Shown: positions 1-9,015 of the stretch, piece after piece
How positions within the stretch are numbered: position 1 is the first letter of the stretch
Layout: each line of letters starts with the position of its first letter
Assembly (NCBI GenBank): GCA_902509965.1
Contig: CABWZP010000001.1
Location: forward strand, 72,694-136,693
Reading direction: 5' to 3'
DNA: 64,000 nucleotides
From: an uncultured SAR86 cluster bacterium
GTDB lineage: Bacteria > Pseudomonadota > Gammaproteobacteria > Magnimaribacterales > D2472
Program-made: the position numbers and the translations under genes
The notes under the pieces: generated by a model
Seen by the model: only the letters and a program-made list of their open reading frames with translations
Told to the model about the DNA's origin: nothing
The model's database searches: none

Positions 1-2
1 AG

Positions 3-113
3 GTTACATTACATGACCTTGCAGCAGAGTACAGTATCTCTGCAGAAAGAGTGAGACAGATTGAAAATGGAGCACTTAAGAAATTAAAGGCATTTATGTC
101 TGATGCTGCTTAA
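3..113 (+). CDS. rpoH: RNA polymerase sigma factor, C-terminal fragment (sigma-32/RpoH-like region 4.2); 5' end lies outside the window
   Basis: Frame +3 reads VTLHDLAAEYSISAERVRQIENGALKKLKAFMSDAA-stop. The SAERVRQIE..A.KKL helix-turn-helix is the sigma-70-family region 4.2 signature and best resembles the RpoH C-terminus. It is absent from the ORF track because it is truncated. Confidence 0.65.
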   Translation, partial: VTLHDLAAEYSISAERVRQIENGALKKLKAFMSDAA

Positions 114-135
114 GAAGCAGACCCTCTAAAAAATA

Positions 136-786
136 ATGCGCTACAAATTCCTTCCTTCTTTTGTAAAAAGAAGGGGGAGAATCACTCAAAGCCAAGAGGA
201 TAACCTAAAGTTATTACCTAAATATTTAATCAATAGCTTTGAAGATATTTGTAGTGAAAAAGATAATTTCTCTAGAATCATTCTTGAGATAGGATTTGGT
301 AATGGTGAAAACATACTTTCGCTTGCAAAAGATAATCCTGATTCTTTATTTATTGGTTCCGAAGTATATTTAGCAGGGATAGGCTATTTAATTGGTGAAA
401 TAAAAAAGCTCGGCCTTTTAAATATAAGAATTACCACAGGCGACATAAGATTATTAATTGAGCAGATAAAAGAACCACTTTTTGACGATGTCCTAATCAT
501 TTGCCCTGATCCATGGCCTAAAGCAAGACATCATAAAAGAAGGCTAATTAAAAAAGATTTTTTAAAGTTAGTTCATCCAATAATTAAAGACAACGGTGAA
601 TTATTTATTTCAACTGATTGGGAGAATTATGCTGAATCAATTGAAGAGGCTATCAATTTATCACATGGATACAAAAGTCTAGACAAATCAGCTTACCAAG
701 CGTCTGACTTAACAAAATTTCAAAAAAGAGCAGCTAAAGAGGGTAGAGATATCTATGCTTTTCCACTTCAAAAATTAATTAAATAG
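136..786 (+). CDS. trmB: tRNA (guanine-N7)-methyltransferase
   Basis: SAM-binding LEIGFGNGE and the TrmB block PDPWPKARHHKRRL, followed by TDWENYAE. Length is 216 aa. Confidence 0.9.
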   Translation: MRYKFLPSFVKRRGRITQSQEDNLKLLPKYLINSFEDICSEKDNFSRIILEIGFGNGENILSLAKDNPDSLFIGSEVYLAGIGYLIGEIKKLGLLNIRITTGDIRLLIEQIKEPLFDDVLIICPDPWPKARHHKRRLIKKDFLKLVHPIIKDNGELFISTDWENYAESIEEAINLSHGYKSLDKSAYQASDLTKFQKRAAKEGRDIYAFPLQKLIK

Positions 787-1908
787 ATTAATAGTATCGT
801 TTAAGAATTTATATCCAATTTGTGTAGCTCTAAATCCATCACTTTCTAAAAGTTTTTCTTCAATACCTTTTAAGCGTTTTTCTAAGAACGAATCTGGAAT
901 ATATATATGACTTGTTTCTAATTCTTCTAAAGATAGGCCACCTTTTATTCGCAAAAGATTCATCGCTAAATCCAAGTCATAAGATTCTGAGGTGATAATA
1001 GTATCTATAGTCTTAGAAGGATCTTTAATATATGAGGCTACAGTTTTTAGCTTAATCATTCTCTTTATACTAGTTTCTTGAGTTATCTTGCTATGAGCAC
1101 CTGGACCTAGTCCCAAGTAATCTCCGTACATCCAATAGTTCATATTATGATTGCTCTTCTTATTGTCTTTAGACCATGAAGAAACTTCATATTGGCTGAT
1201 ATTGTTAGCATTTAAAATCTTCTTAGCCTCAGATTCCATTAATTCAATCAAAGTATCATCTGGAAGACTTAACTCTTTTTTGTAAAAGATTGTATTGGGT
1301 TCAATAGTAAGTTGATACATTGATAAGTGGCTAATGTCATAACTACAAAATATCTCTATGTCTTTTTTTAAAGAGTTAATATCTTGCCCCATTACTCCAT
1401 AGATTAGATCTATTGTTGTATCTACAGATTCCATTTCAGATATGACCTGAAGTGCATTAAGAGAATCACAGGCATCATGATTTCTCTCAAGGCTAGACAA
1501 AGTTTTTGCGTCAAAACTTTGAATACCAATGGAAACTCTATTTATTCCTATACCTACAAGGTCATTGATATATTCTTTTTTAACTTCTTTTGGATTGAGC
1601 TCAAAACTAATCTCACAATCTATTTGGAGAAGTTCTTTATCTTTAAGCGTGCTAATAATTTTTTCAATAATTTTTGCAGATATTAAAGAAGGAGTTCCAC
1701 CACCAAAATAGAGTGATGTAAATTTTCTAGCCCCTATATATTTTGTTGAATCATCTAGGTCTTTTAAAATTGCAAATAATAATGCTTCTTCATCCCCATC
1801 TCGTTTATTAGTTTCAATGTTGAAATCACAATAAGGACATTTCTTTTCACACCAAGGAAAATGAATATATAAAGAGATAGGAACGCTACTTGGCTCTAAT
1901 GTTTTCAA
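775..1908 (-). CDS. hemW: radical-SAM heme chaperone HemW (HemN-like, YggW family)
   Basis: N-terminal CEKKCPYCDF (CxxxCxxC) radical-SAM cluster motif, 377 aa, located next to rdgB as in E. coli and Pseudomonas. Confidence 0.85.
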   Translation of the reverse strand: MKTLEPSSVPISLYIHFPWCEKKCPYCDFNIETNKRDGDEEALLFAILKDLDDSTKYIGARKFTSLYFGGGTPSLISAKIIEKIISTLKDKELLQIDCEISFELNPKEVKKEYINDLVGIGINRVSIGIQSFDAKTLSSLERNHDACDSLNALQVISEMESVDTTIDLIYGVMGQDINSLKKDIEIFCSYDISHLSMYQLTIEPNTIFYKKELSLPDDTLIELMESEAKKILNANNISQYEVSSWSKDNKKSNHNMNYWMYGDYLGLGPGAHSKITQETSIKRMIKLKTVASYIKDPSKTIDTIITSESYDLDLAMNLLRIKGGLSLEELETSHIYIPDSFLEKRLKGIEEKLLESDGFRATQIGYKFLNDTINLFN

Positions 1909-2491
1909 GTTTTTCTAAAAATATATTTGTAGCTATAGCCCTATGACTAATCCTATTCTTTTCATTGGGGTCCATAGTTGCCATAGATATACTATATCCA
2001 TAAGGGTAAAAGAGCTTATCGTAACCAAAACCACCTTCACCTGAGGCTTCAATAGAAATATCTCCATGAATTTCACCACTGGAAAAGATAGGCATAGGAT
2101 CATCTGCAGAATGAACTCCTACTAAAACGCATACATAGTATGCCGGCAGAGATTCTAAATTAAGCTTATTAAGTTCCTCAATTATTTTATTCCTGTTATC
2201 TAAGTCGCTAGCACCTTCTCCTGCATATCTTGCAGAATATATTCCTGGAGCAAAATTTAATCCCGGCACAACAATTCCTGAGTCATCTGCAACAGAAAAC
2301 ATTCCAGATTTTTCTGCTCCATGTCTTGCTTTAATTAGAGCATTTTCTAAAAAAGTTAGCCCATCTTCAATTGGCTCTTCAATACCTAATTCACCCTGAG
2401 ATTTAATTTCAAAGTTAGCGAACATTCTTTTGAACTCTTTAAGTTTTCCTGCATTAGAAGTGGCTAAAAGTATTTTGTTATTTTCGAGCAA
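1886..2491 (-). CDS. rdgB: dITP/XTP pyrophosphatase (RdgB/HAM1 family)
   Basis: KILLATSNAGKLKEF N-terminus typical of RdgB. I place the start at TTG 2491, which sits 9 nt downstream of an AAGGAG Shine-Dalgarno; the ORF-track start 2539 is also TTG but has no SD and adds a non-conserved extension. Confidence 0.85.
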   Translation of the reverse strand: MLENNKILLATSNAGKLKEFKRMFANFEIKSQGELGIEEPIEDGLTFLENALIKARHGAEKSGMFSVADDSGIVVPGLNFAPGIYSARYAGEGASDLDNRNKIIEELNKLNLESLPAYYVCVLVGVHSADDPMPIFSSGEIHGDISIEASGEGGFGYDKLFYPYGYSISMATMDPNEKNRISHRAIATNIFLEKLENIRAK

Positions 2492-3071
2492 GTAAGTAGA
2501 CTCCTTCGGAAGATAGAAGATTTGGTGCAATTGCAGCAAATTTACTCTTATTTCTCTCTTTATTTAAATGGATGCTGTCCTCAATAATAATATTTTCTTT
2601 AGAACAAAGGTCTTCAAAATCTTTTATGGTACACAGATGAATATTTTCTGTTCCATACCAGCTAGATGGCAAGCTAGGTGTAACAGGCATTCGTCCAAGC
2701 AAGAGCGCTAGCCTACATCGCCAATATCCAAGGTTAGGAATAGTAACAATACATTTATTAGATAGATTAAGAATTTTACCAAGAGCCACATTTGGTTCTT
2801 TAAGACACTGTATTGAACTTGCCATAATTGCAACATCAAAACTACACTCTGAAAATTCATCTATGCCATCATCAATATTTTTCTCTATTACAGGAATATT
2901 TTTTCTTAAACAGGAAAGAATTCCATTTGGGTCAATTTCAATTCCATAACCTATGGTTTGTTTCTGTTCCCTAAGTTCTTCAAGCAAAGACCCATCTCCG
3001 CATCCAAAGTCAATTACGTTACTTGATGATTGAATCCAATCTTGAACGATATTTGTTAAAGGATTATTCAC
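2478..3071 (-). CDS. metW: methionine biosynthesis protein MetW
   Basis: Methyltransferase-like DFGCGDGSLL, then NLGYWRCR and HLCTIKDFE blocks typical of MetW. It lies directly downstream of metX. Confidence 0.9.
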   Translation of the reverse strand: MNNPLTNIVQDWIQSSSNVIDFGCGDGSLLEELREQKQTIGYGIEIDPNGILSCLRKNIPVIEKNIDDGIDEFSECSFDVAIMASSIQCLKEPNVALGKILNLSNKCIVTIPNLGYWRCRLALLLGRMPVTPSLPSSWYGTENIHLCTIKDFEDLCSKENIIIEDSIHLNKERNKSKFAAIAPNLLSSEGVYLLARK

Positions 3072-4163
3072 TTAACTTCTTAAAAACGCCTCAATATTTT
3101 TTTGATATCTTTCATTGCCAAATAAAAAGCTATCATGGCCTTGCTGACCCTCTAACTCTAAATAAGAAGAACTAATACCTGATTGCATGGCTGCAAGTTG
3201 TATTTCTTTGCCTCTTTCAGGAGGAAATAACCAATCAGACTTAAACCCAACTATGAGAAGCTTTGCTGTTACTTTTTTAAGAGCATCTTTAAGCTCATTA
3301 TCAAATTTTTTGGCTGGATCAAAATCATCCATTGCTCGTGTCATCAAAATATAGGTATTAGCATCAAACACTTGTGAGAATTTTTCTCCCTTGTACTGCA
3401 AATAATTCTCAACTTCATAGTCAACCAGATCATCAACTCGAGACTCCACATCTTGGATTTTTCGTCCAAATCTTTTGTTCATATTTTCTTCTGAAAGATA
3501 TGTTATGTGAGCTAACATTCTTGCTGCCTTGAGACCGCTCTTGGGGAAAGTATCATTTTTTAGATAATCTCCTTCATGAAAATTAACATCTTTTCTAATT
3601 GACTCTCTACTTACTTCATTCAATGCTATGTTTTGTGAGCTTGCTTTTGCAGCAGCAGCAATTATGCCAGCTCTTTGAATTTTATCAGGGAATGTAATTG
3701 CCCATTGAAGTGCTTGCATTCCTCCCAAACTCCCTCCTAAAACACATGCCCAAGAATTAATTCCTAATTTACTTAGTAGCATTTCTTGAGAGTTCACCCA
3801 ATCTAATACACTAATAGCTGGAAAAGCCTTTCCATAAACCTCACCTGTTTCAGGACAAATACTAATTGGACCAGTAGAACCAAAACAGCTACCTAGATTA
3901 TTAGGAGAAACAACAAAGAATTTATTTGTGTCAATTGCCTTGTTGGGACCTATTAATTCGTCCCACCACCCAGACTTTCCATCATCGCTACTGCCAGCAG
4001 CATGATGGCTTCCTGAAAAGGCATGGCATACCAAGATTGCATTTGATTTATCATTATTTAACTCCCCGTATGTATCAACCATAAGATCAAAAGAGGAGAG
4101 AGCTTCACCAGTTTCAAGAATTATTCCAGAACTAAAAGTATGAAGTTCTCGCTGTGACTTCAT
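3072..4163 (-). CDS. metX: homoserine O-acyl(acetyl/succinyl)transferase MetX
   Basis: Alpha/beta-hydrolase nucleophile elbow GGSLGGMQALQW, 363 aa, in a metX-metW pair. Confidence 0.9.
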   Translation of the reverse strand: MKSQRELHTFSSGIILETGEALSSFDLMVDTYGELNNDKSNAILVCHAFSGSHHAAGSSDDGKSGWWDELIGPNKAIDTNKFFVVSPNNLGSCFGSTGPISICPETGEVYGKAFPAISVLDWVNSQEMLLSKLGINSWACVLGGSLGGMQALQWAITFPDKIQRAGIIAAAAKASSQNIALNEVSRESIRKDVNFHEGDYLKNDTFPKSGLKAARMLAHITYLSEENMNKRFGRKIQDVESRVDDLVDYEVENYLQYKGEKFSQVFDANTYILMTRAMDDFDPAKKFDNELKDALKKVTAKLLIVGFKSDWLFPPERGKEIQLAAMQSGISSSYLELEGQQGHDSFLFGNERYQKNIEAFLRS

Positions 4164-4690
4164 AACAGGGCTCTTACGATTTGCGCCAATAGGACATCTA
4201 CTTGGTTAAGTAATATTAATACAAGAAGGGGTGAGAAATCTAAGCCCCCCATTGAAGGTATGTAATTCCTTATTGGTGACAAAATCTTATCAGATATTTC
4301 TTCAATGAGCTGAAGCAGAGGATGAGGATTTCCTGGAGCAACCCAGCTTAATATAACTCCTCCAATAACAGCAAATAAAAGAATCTGACTAATGCTGCTT
4401 AATATATTGAAGATTGCATACACTATTAAGTCAGATATTTCATAGACAGAGCCTGTAATAATGTAAAAACTTATAAACTTAAATAAAAAAGCTGCAAAGA
4501 GTATTCCAAAAACTCCTCCTGCTACAGAAGTAAATATAATAGTTAGGGGTGTTAAAAAGTTTACAAAAGTTTTTACTACAGGATTAAAGTAGTTCACTCT
4601 TAGTACCCTAAATACCAATAAAATCACAAACGCATAACTCAGTGATCCTATTAAAAGCGCTATAATATTTATTAAATTAGTATTCATCAC
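4160..4690 (-). CDS. yggT: YggT family membrane protein
   Basis: 176-aa multi-TM protein in the conserved yggS-proC-yggT arrangement. Confidence 0.75.
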   Translation of the reverse strand: MMNTNLINIIALLIGSLSYAFVILLVFRVLRVNYFNPVVKTFVNFLTPLTIIFTSVAGGVFGILFAAFLFKFISFYIITGSVYEISDLIVYAIFNILSSISQILLFAVIGGVILSWVAPGNPHPLLQLIEEISDKILSPIRNYIPSMGGLDFSPLLVLILLNQVDVLLAQIVRALL

Positions 4691-5471
4691 TTATCTCTTT
4701 TGATCTTCTAACAGCACTAATTATGCCTTTTTCGAATAATTGAAGTACATTATTACCTTTTAAAGAATTAATTCCAGCCTCTGTAGTGCCTTTTTTAGAT
4801 GCAATGATATTTATAGCTTCATCCATGCTTATATCTGCTGCAACTGAAGATGATATGCCATCAAGAAAAATACTAATAATTTTATTAGCAACTTTTTTAT
4901 CACCTTCACATAACTTAAGTACACGCTTTTCATATACTTTTAGTAAATAAAAGAAATATGCAGGCCCGCTACCAATCAATCCAGTAAAATTATTAATCTC
5001 CGATTCTTTCTTTAGAATGATGCTTGTACCAACTTGATTAAATAATTTTTTTGTTTTATTTATTAGTATTCTTGAAGCAGGCTTCCCATATATTGCTGTT
5101 ATACCTTTCCCATATGCAGAAGCAGTAATTGGCATAGCTCTTGCGACCTTAGCTTTCTTAAAATGCTGCTCTATTTTATGAAGCTTAATACCGGCAACAA
5201 GACTAACAATATTTAAGTTATCCATCTTTTTTGCAATCTCTTGGCATGCCTGAAAAGCATCCTTCGGTTTTACAGCTAGGATAATCATGTCAATTTCATT
5301 ATTTAATTGTTTTTTGCTAACAGATTTGATGCCTATTTTTAATAATTTCTCTGTATTAACAGGATTTCTGTCTATGCATAAGATATTTTTTTTTGAAATA
5401 CCACTATTAATCAATCCTTTAATTATTGACTGACTTATATTTCCTGCTCCATAAAATAGTATTTTTTTCAT
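4677..5471 (-). CDS. proC: pyrroline-5-carboxylate reductase
   Basis: N-terminal Rossmann motif FYGAGNISQSII, C-terminal TTEAG block, 264 aa. Confidence 0.9.
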   Translation of the reverse strand: MKKILFYGAGNISQSIIKGLINSGISKKNILCIDRNPVNTEKLLKIGIKSVSKKQLNNEIDMIILAVKPKDAFQACQEIAKKMDNLNIVSLVAGIKLHKIEQHFKKAKVARAMPITASAYGKGITAIYGKPASRILINKTKKLFNQVGTSIILKKESEINNFTGLIGSGPAYFFYLLKVYEKRVLKLCEGDKKVANKIISIFLDGISSSVAADISMDEAINIIASKKGTTEAGINSLKGNNVLQLFEKGIISAVRRSKEISDEY

Positions 5472-6154
5472 AGCCTTTTACCAAAAATAGATTCGCCAAT
5501 TCTTATCATATTTGAGCCACATTTTATTGCTGATTCAAAATCAGAAGTTGTTCCCATTGATAAAATATTTGCATCAGGATTAACCAATTTTAAATTAGCA
5601 TGAAGGGCAAAACATTTTCTCATTACTTTTTCATTATGTGTCAGGTCATCAGATAATTTTGGAAGAACCATCATTCCTCTTAATTTGAGATTGGTATGTT
5701 CTTTTATAAAAGCAGAAAATTCTAATAAGTTATCAGGATGTATTCCAGATTTTGTATCTTCATTATCAATATTTATCTGGATACAAACATTCATCACTTT
5801 ATTATTCTTTTTGCATGCATTATCAAGTTTTGAGATTATTTTTTTACGATCAATTGAATGAACCCAGTCTGCACTCGAGGCAACTAGATTTACTTTGTTA
5901 GATTGAATGGGTCCAATAAAGTGCCAGACGATATTAAGATCTTTTAAATCTTCTGATTTTTGAGCAAGCTCTTGAGCAAAATTCTCACCAAAATTTTTAA
6001 AGCCGCCTGCAAAGACCTGTCTAATAATAGAATTTTCTTTTTTCTTAGACACGGCAATTATAGATATATCTGATGCTTTTCTTGAAGATTTAGAGCACGC
6101 ATCCAGAAAGCGCTCTTTAAAAACTTTTATATTATTATTTATTGGATCGTGCAT
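5468..6154 (-). CDS. yggS: YggS family PLP-binding (PLP homeostasis) protein
   Basis: AVSKKK PLP-lysine region, HFIGPIQSNK block, 228 aa, upstream of proC. Confidence 0.9.
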   Translation of the reverse strand: MHDPINNNIKVFKERFLDACSKSSRKASDISIIAVSKKKENSIIRQVFAGGFKNFGENFAQELAQKSEDLKDLNIVWHFIGPIQSNKVNLVASSADWVHSIDRKKIISKLDNACKKNNKVMNVCIQINIDNEDTKSGIHPDNLLEFSAFIKEHTNLKLRGMMVLPKLSDDLTHNEKVMRKCFALHANLKLVNPDANILSMGTTSDFESAIKCGSNMIRIGESIFGKRL

Positions 6155-6669
6155 TTTGTTTTAATAATGGGGGATAGGCCAATTCTAATTACAACCTCTC
6201 TAGCATTATTTACATCTGATTTATTTAAGAATGGACCAAGCATTACTCCAAATAATATTTGATCTATTTTGTCTATTTCTTCAATAAAAGGATTTAAATC
6301 CATACTTGTAAGCTTATAAAGCATTTCAGACGCAAACTCTTCCTTTCCATAAGCTTCTACTTGAAGCAGAAAAAGGCAATCTGAATTATCCAGGACTTCT
6401 TCTATTTCAACTAAAACTGTTTCTCCTTTAAGGCTTTCAGGAAAGGTTATAGAAACTGTATTCTCTGAAAGAGGAGTTGGCTCAAATATTTCGAGATTAG
6501 TATTAAATAAATAAAAGGAAGTAAAAATTGTTAGTAGTGATGTTACTAAAAGTGAAATAATAATTTTTTTTGCAAATACAGGCTTGCTTCTATTCTTAGT
6601 CCTAAAGATTGTTTTATTTTTTTTCAGCTTCTTTCTGCTTGAAGAGATTTTTGGAGCAAAATCTTTCAT
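6139..6669 (-). CDS. membrane-anchored SPOR-domain-like protein
   Basis: Basic N-terminus, one TM helix, and a C-terminal ~75-aa segment (LQVEAYGKEEFASEM...GVMLGPFLNKSDVNNA) resembling a SPOR repeat. It sits downstream of argS as in pseudomonads. Confidence 0.5.
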   Translation of the reverse strand: MKDFAPKISSSRKKLKKNKTIFRTKNRSKPVFAKKIIISLLVTSLLTIFTSFYLFNTNLEIFEPTPLSENTVSITFPESLKGETVLVEIEEVLDNSDCLFLLQVEAYGKEEFASEMLYKLTSMDLNPFIEEIDKIDQILFGVMLGPFLNKSDVNNAREVVIRIGLSPIIKTKCTIQ

Positions 6670-6671
6670 AA

Positions 6672-8414
6672 CTACATTTTTTCTAAGGCTTCAATACCCA
6701 AGAGACTTAGACCATTTGATATTACTAACTTGACTAAACTAAGGCTCTGCAATATTGATTCTTGGTTTTCTTGAGACTCTTTAAGGATTGGATTATCGTT
6801 GTAGTAGCTATGAAGTTGTTGCGCCAAATCTCTTAAATAAAAAACGATAATATGAGGCTGCAAAGTTTCACCCGATCTTTCAACAACTCCTGGAAATTTT
6901 GAAGCGGCATGAATTAATTTATCACATGCTGTGTATGATCCATTTCTAATTTCCTCAAGGTCATTTGGAAGAGATTGATTTAATTCTAGATACTTACTTT
7001 GAAGAGAAGCTATTCTTGCATGCGCATACTGGATATAAAAAATTAAATTTTCTTTATTTTGAGATTTCGCTAACTCAATATCAAAGTCTAAATGCTGGTC
7101 TGCTTGTTTTGAAAGGTAGTAAAATCTTGCTGCATCCGCGCCTATTTCAGCAATAAGATCTTTTAAAGTATAAAAGCTGCCACTTCGAGTGGACATTTTT
7201 ACTTTCTGTTTGCCCTGATAAAGATTGGCAAATTGGACTAATTGGACGTGAAGTTTATTTTTTGAGAATCCTAAGCCCTCCAGAGATGCTTCAATTCTCT
7301 TAATATAACCATGATGATCTGCGCCCCAAACATTAATTAACTTATCAAAGCCTCTATCTACTTTATCTTTATGATAGGCAAGATCAGCTGCAAAGTATGT
7401 GGCTCTGCCGTCATCTCTAATTAGAACCCTATTTTTATCATCACCAGCTTTTTCTGTATTTAGCCATATTGCACCCTTTTCCTCATAAGTTAATCCTTTT
7501 GTTTTTAGCTTATCAATAGCAGAAGAAATTTTAGAATCTGAATCCTGAAGAGACCCTAGGCTAGACTCATAATACCAATTATCAAAATCAACCTTAAAAT
7601 CTTTCAGATCATCTTCTATAGTTTTTAGTACCATTTTTAAAGATATATCTTTTATCTGTTTCCATAGACTCTTATCTTCTTTTTGGAAAAGCTTTATAAG
7701 GACGTCAATTTGCTCTTCTGAATCTTCTGGTAGGTTCGAAAGGAGGCCATCTATTTTATTACTTGCAATTTTTAAGTTGGAATCAATCTGATCAGCAATA
7801 TCAATAATATATTTACCCCTGTAGCCGCTTTCTGGGAAAGATTTATCATCAAAGCAATTATGCAAGCGCAACCATACGCTAGCAGCAAGTATATCCATTT
7901 GCCTGCCGGCATCATTAATATAGTATTCCTTAGAAACTGCATAACCATTTGCCTGAAGAATCTTCCCAATAGCATCACCAAATGCCGCCCCCCTTCCATG
8001 ACCAACATGAAGTGGCCCGGTTGGATTAGCAGAAACAAACTCAATTTGAATACTTTGGCCATTGCCCATATCAGAATGCCCAAACTTTTCATTTAATTTT
8101 AATGAGGCATTAACAGTGGTAGCCAAGTATGATCGTTTTATAAAAATATTTAAGAATCCAGGACCAGCAACCTCAACATTACCAACTTCTTTTAATATTA
8201 GTAAGTGATCTTTAATACCTTCAGCAATCTCTCTTGGATTTTTTCCAAGCAAGCTTCCAGACACTAACCCAATATTAGTTGTAATATGACCTTTGCTTAA
8301 ATCATCTGTAATTTCAGTCTTAAATTTACTTTTGATAACCTGAATATCATCTTCATCAAAACCACTTTTTTGATCTAAAAAATTACAAATATGATTATTG
8401 AACAGTTCAATCAT
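6672..8414 (-). CDS. argS: arginine--tRNA ligase
   Basis: Class I HIGH-type motif SANPTGPLHVGHGR, KMSKS-variant KMSTRSG, 580 aa. Confidence 0.95.
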   Translation of the reverse strand: MIELFNNHICNFLDQKSGFDEDDIQVIKSKFKTEITDDLSKGHITTNIGLVSGSLLGKNPREIAEGIKDHLLILKEVGNVEVAGPGFLNIFIKRSYLATTVNASLKLNEKFGHSDMGNGQSIQIEFVSANPTGPLHVGHGRGAAFGDAIGKILQANGYAVSKEYYINDAGRQMDILAASVWLRLHNCFDDKSFPESGYRGKYIIDIADQIDSNLKIASNKIDGLLSNLPEDSEEQIDVLIKLFQKEDKSLWKQIKDISLKMVLKTIEDDLKDFKVDFDNWYYESSLGSLQDSDSKISSAIDKLKTKGLTYEEKGAIWLNTEKAGDDKNRVLIRDDGRATYFAADLAYHKDKVDRGFDKLINVWGADHHGYIKRIEASLEGLGFSKNKLHVQLVQFANLYQGKQKVKMSTRSGSFYTLKDLIAEIGADAARFYYLSKQADQHLDFDIELAKSQNKENLIFYIQYAHARIASLQSKYLELNQSLPNDLEEIRNGSYTACDKLIHAASKFPGVVERSGETLQPHIIVFYLRDLAQQLHSYYNDNPILKESQENQESILQSLSLVKLVISNGLSLLGIEALEKM

Positions 8415-8416
8415 TA

Positions 8417-8977
8417 TTAAACTCTACTAACATAGGTTTCAGTTCTTGTATCAACCTTAATTGTTTCACCCTCATTAACAAACAGAGGAACTTGAATACT
8501 TACCCCCGTTTCAAGTTCAGCGACCTTGGTTGCTCCAGATACTGTATCCCCCCTAACTCCAGGTTCTGAGGCTGTAATAACTAAATTAACAAAAACAGGA
8601 GTCTCAACAATGATTGGCTGCTCATTCCACAGCACTATTTCACATCTTTCTTGACCCACTAACCATTTTTTAGCATTCCCAATAATCTTAGAATTAACTT
8701 CTAGCTGGTCAAAATTATCTGGGTCCATGAAATTCCATGTCTCGCCATCTGAATAAAGGAAATCCATTTCTCTATGATTAATATCAGCCGTTTCGACGCT
8801 TTCACCTGATTTAAATGTTTTATCTATAACATTTCCTGTTAAAAGATTTCTGTATTTTACTCTCATTACTGCCTGACCTTTGCCAGGCTTATGAAACTCA
8901 TGGTCAATAATTGAGCATGGAGCACCATCTAATAAAAGCTTAGTTCCGTTTTTAAACTGGTTTGTTGAAATTTTCAT
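8417..8977 (-). CDS. efp: elongation factor P
   Basis: 186 aa with a KPGKGQA loop carrying the modifiable Lys, and a C-terminal OB domain. Confidence 0.95.
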   Translation of the reverse strand: MKISTNQFKNGTKLLLDGAPCSIIDHEFHKPGKGQAVMRVKYRNLLTGNVIDKTFKSGESVETADINHREMDFLYSDGETWNFMDPDNFDQLEVNSKIIGNAKKWLVGQERCEIVLWNEQPIIVETPVFVNLVITASEPGVRGDTVSGATKVAELETGVSIQVPLFVNEGETIKVDTRTETYVSRV

Positions 8978-9015
8978 AATATACTATAAGTCTATTTTAA
9001 AGGGGTGATTGCCAA

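Noticed and set aside
6965-8096. ORFs 6965-7156 (+), 7772-8092 (-, different frame) and 7860-8096 (+) within argS
   Set aside because: They overlap the argS frame, which carries HIGH and KMSKS-type motifs, and they have no independent signals.
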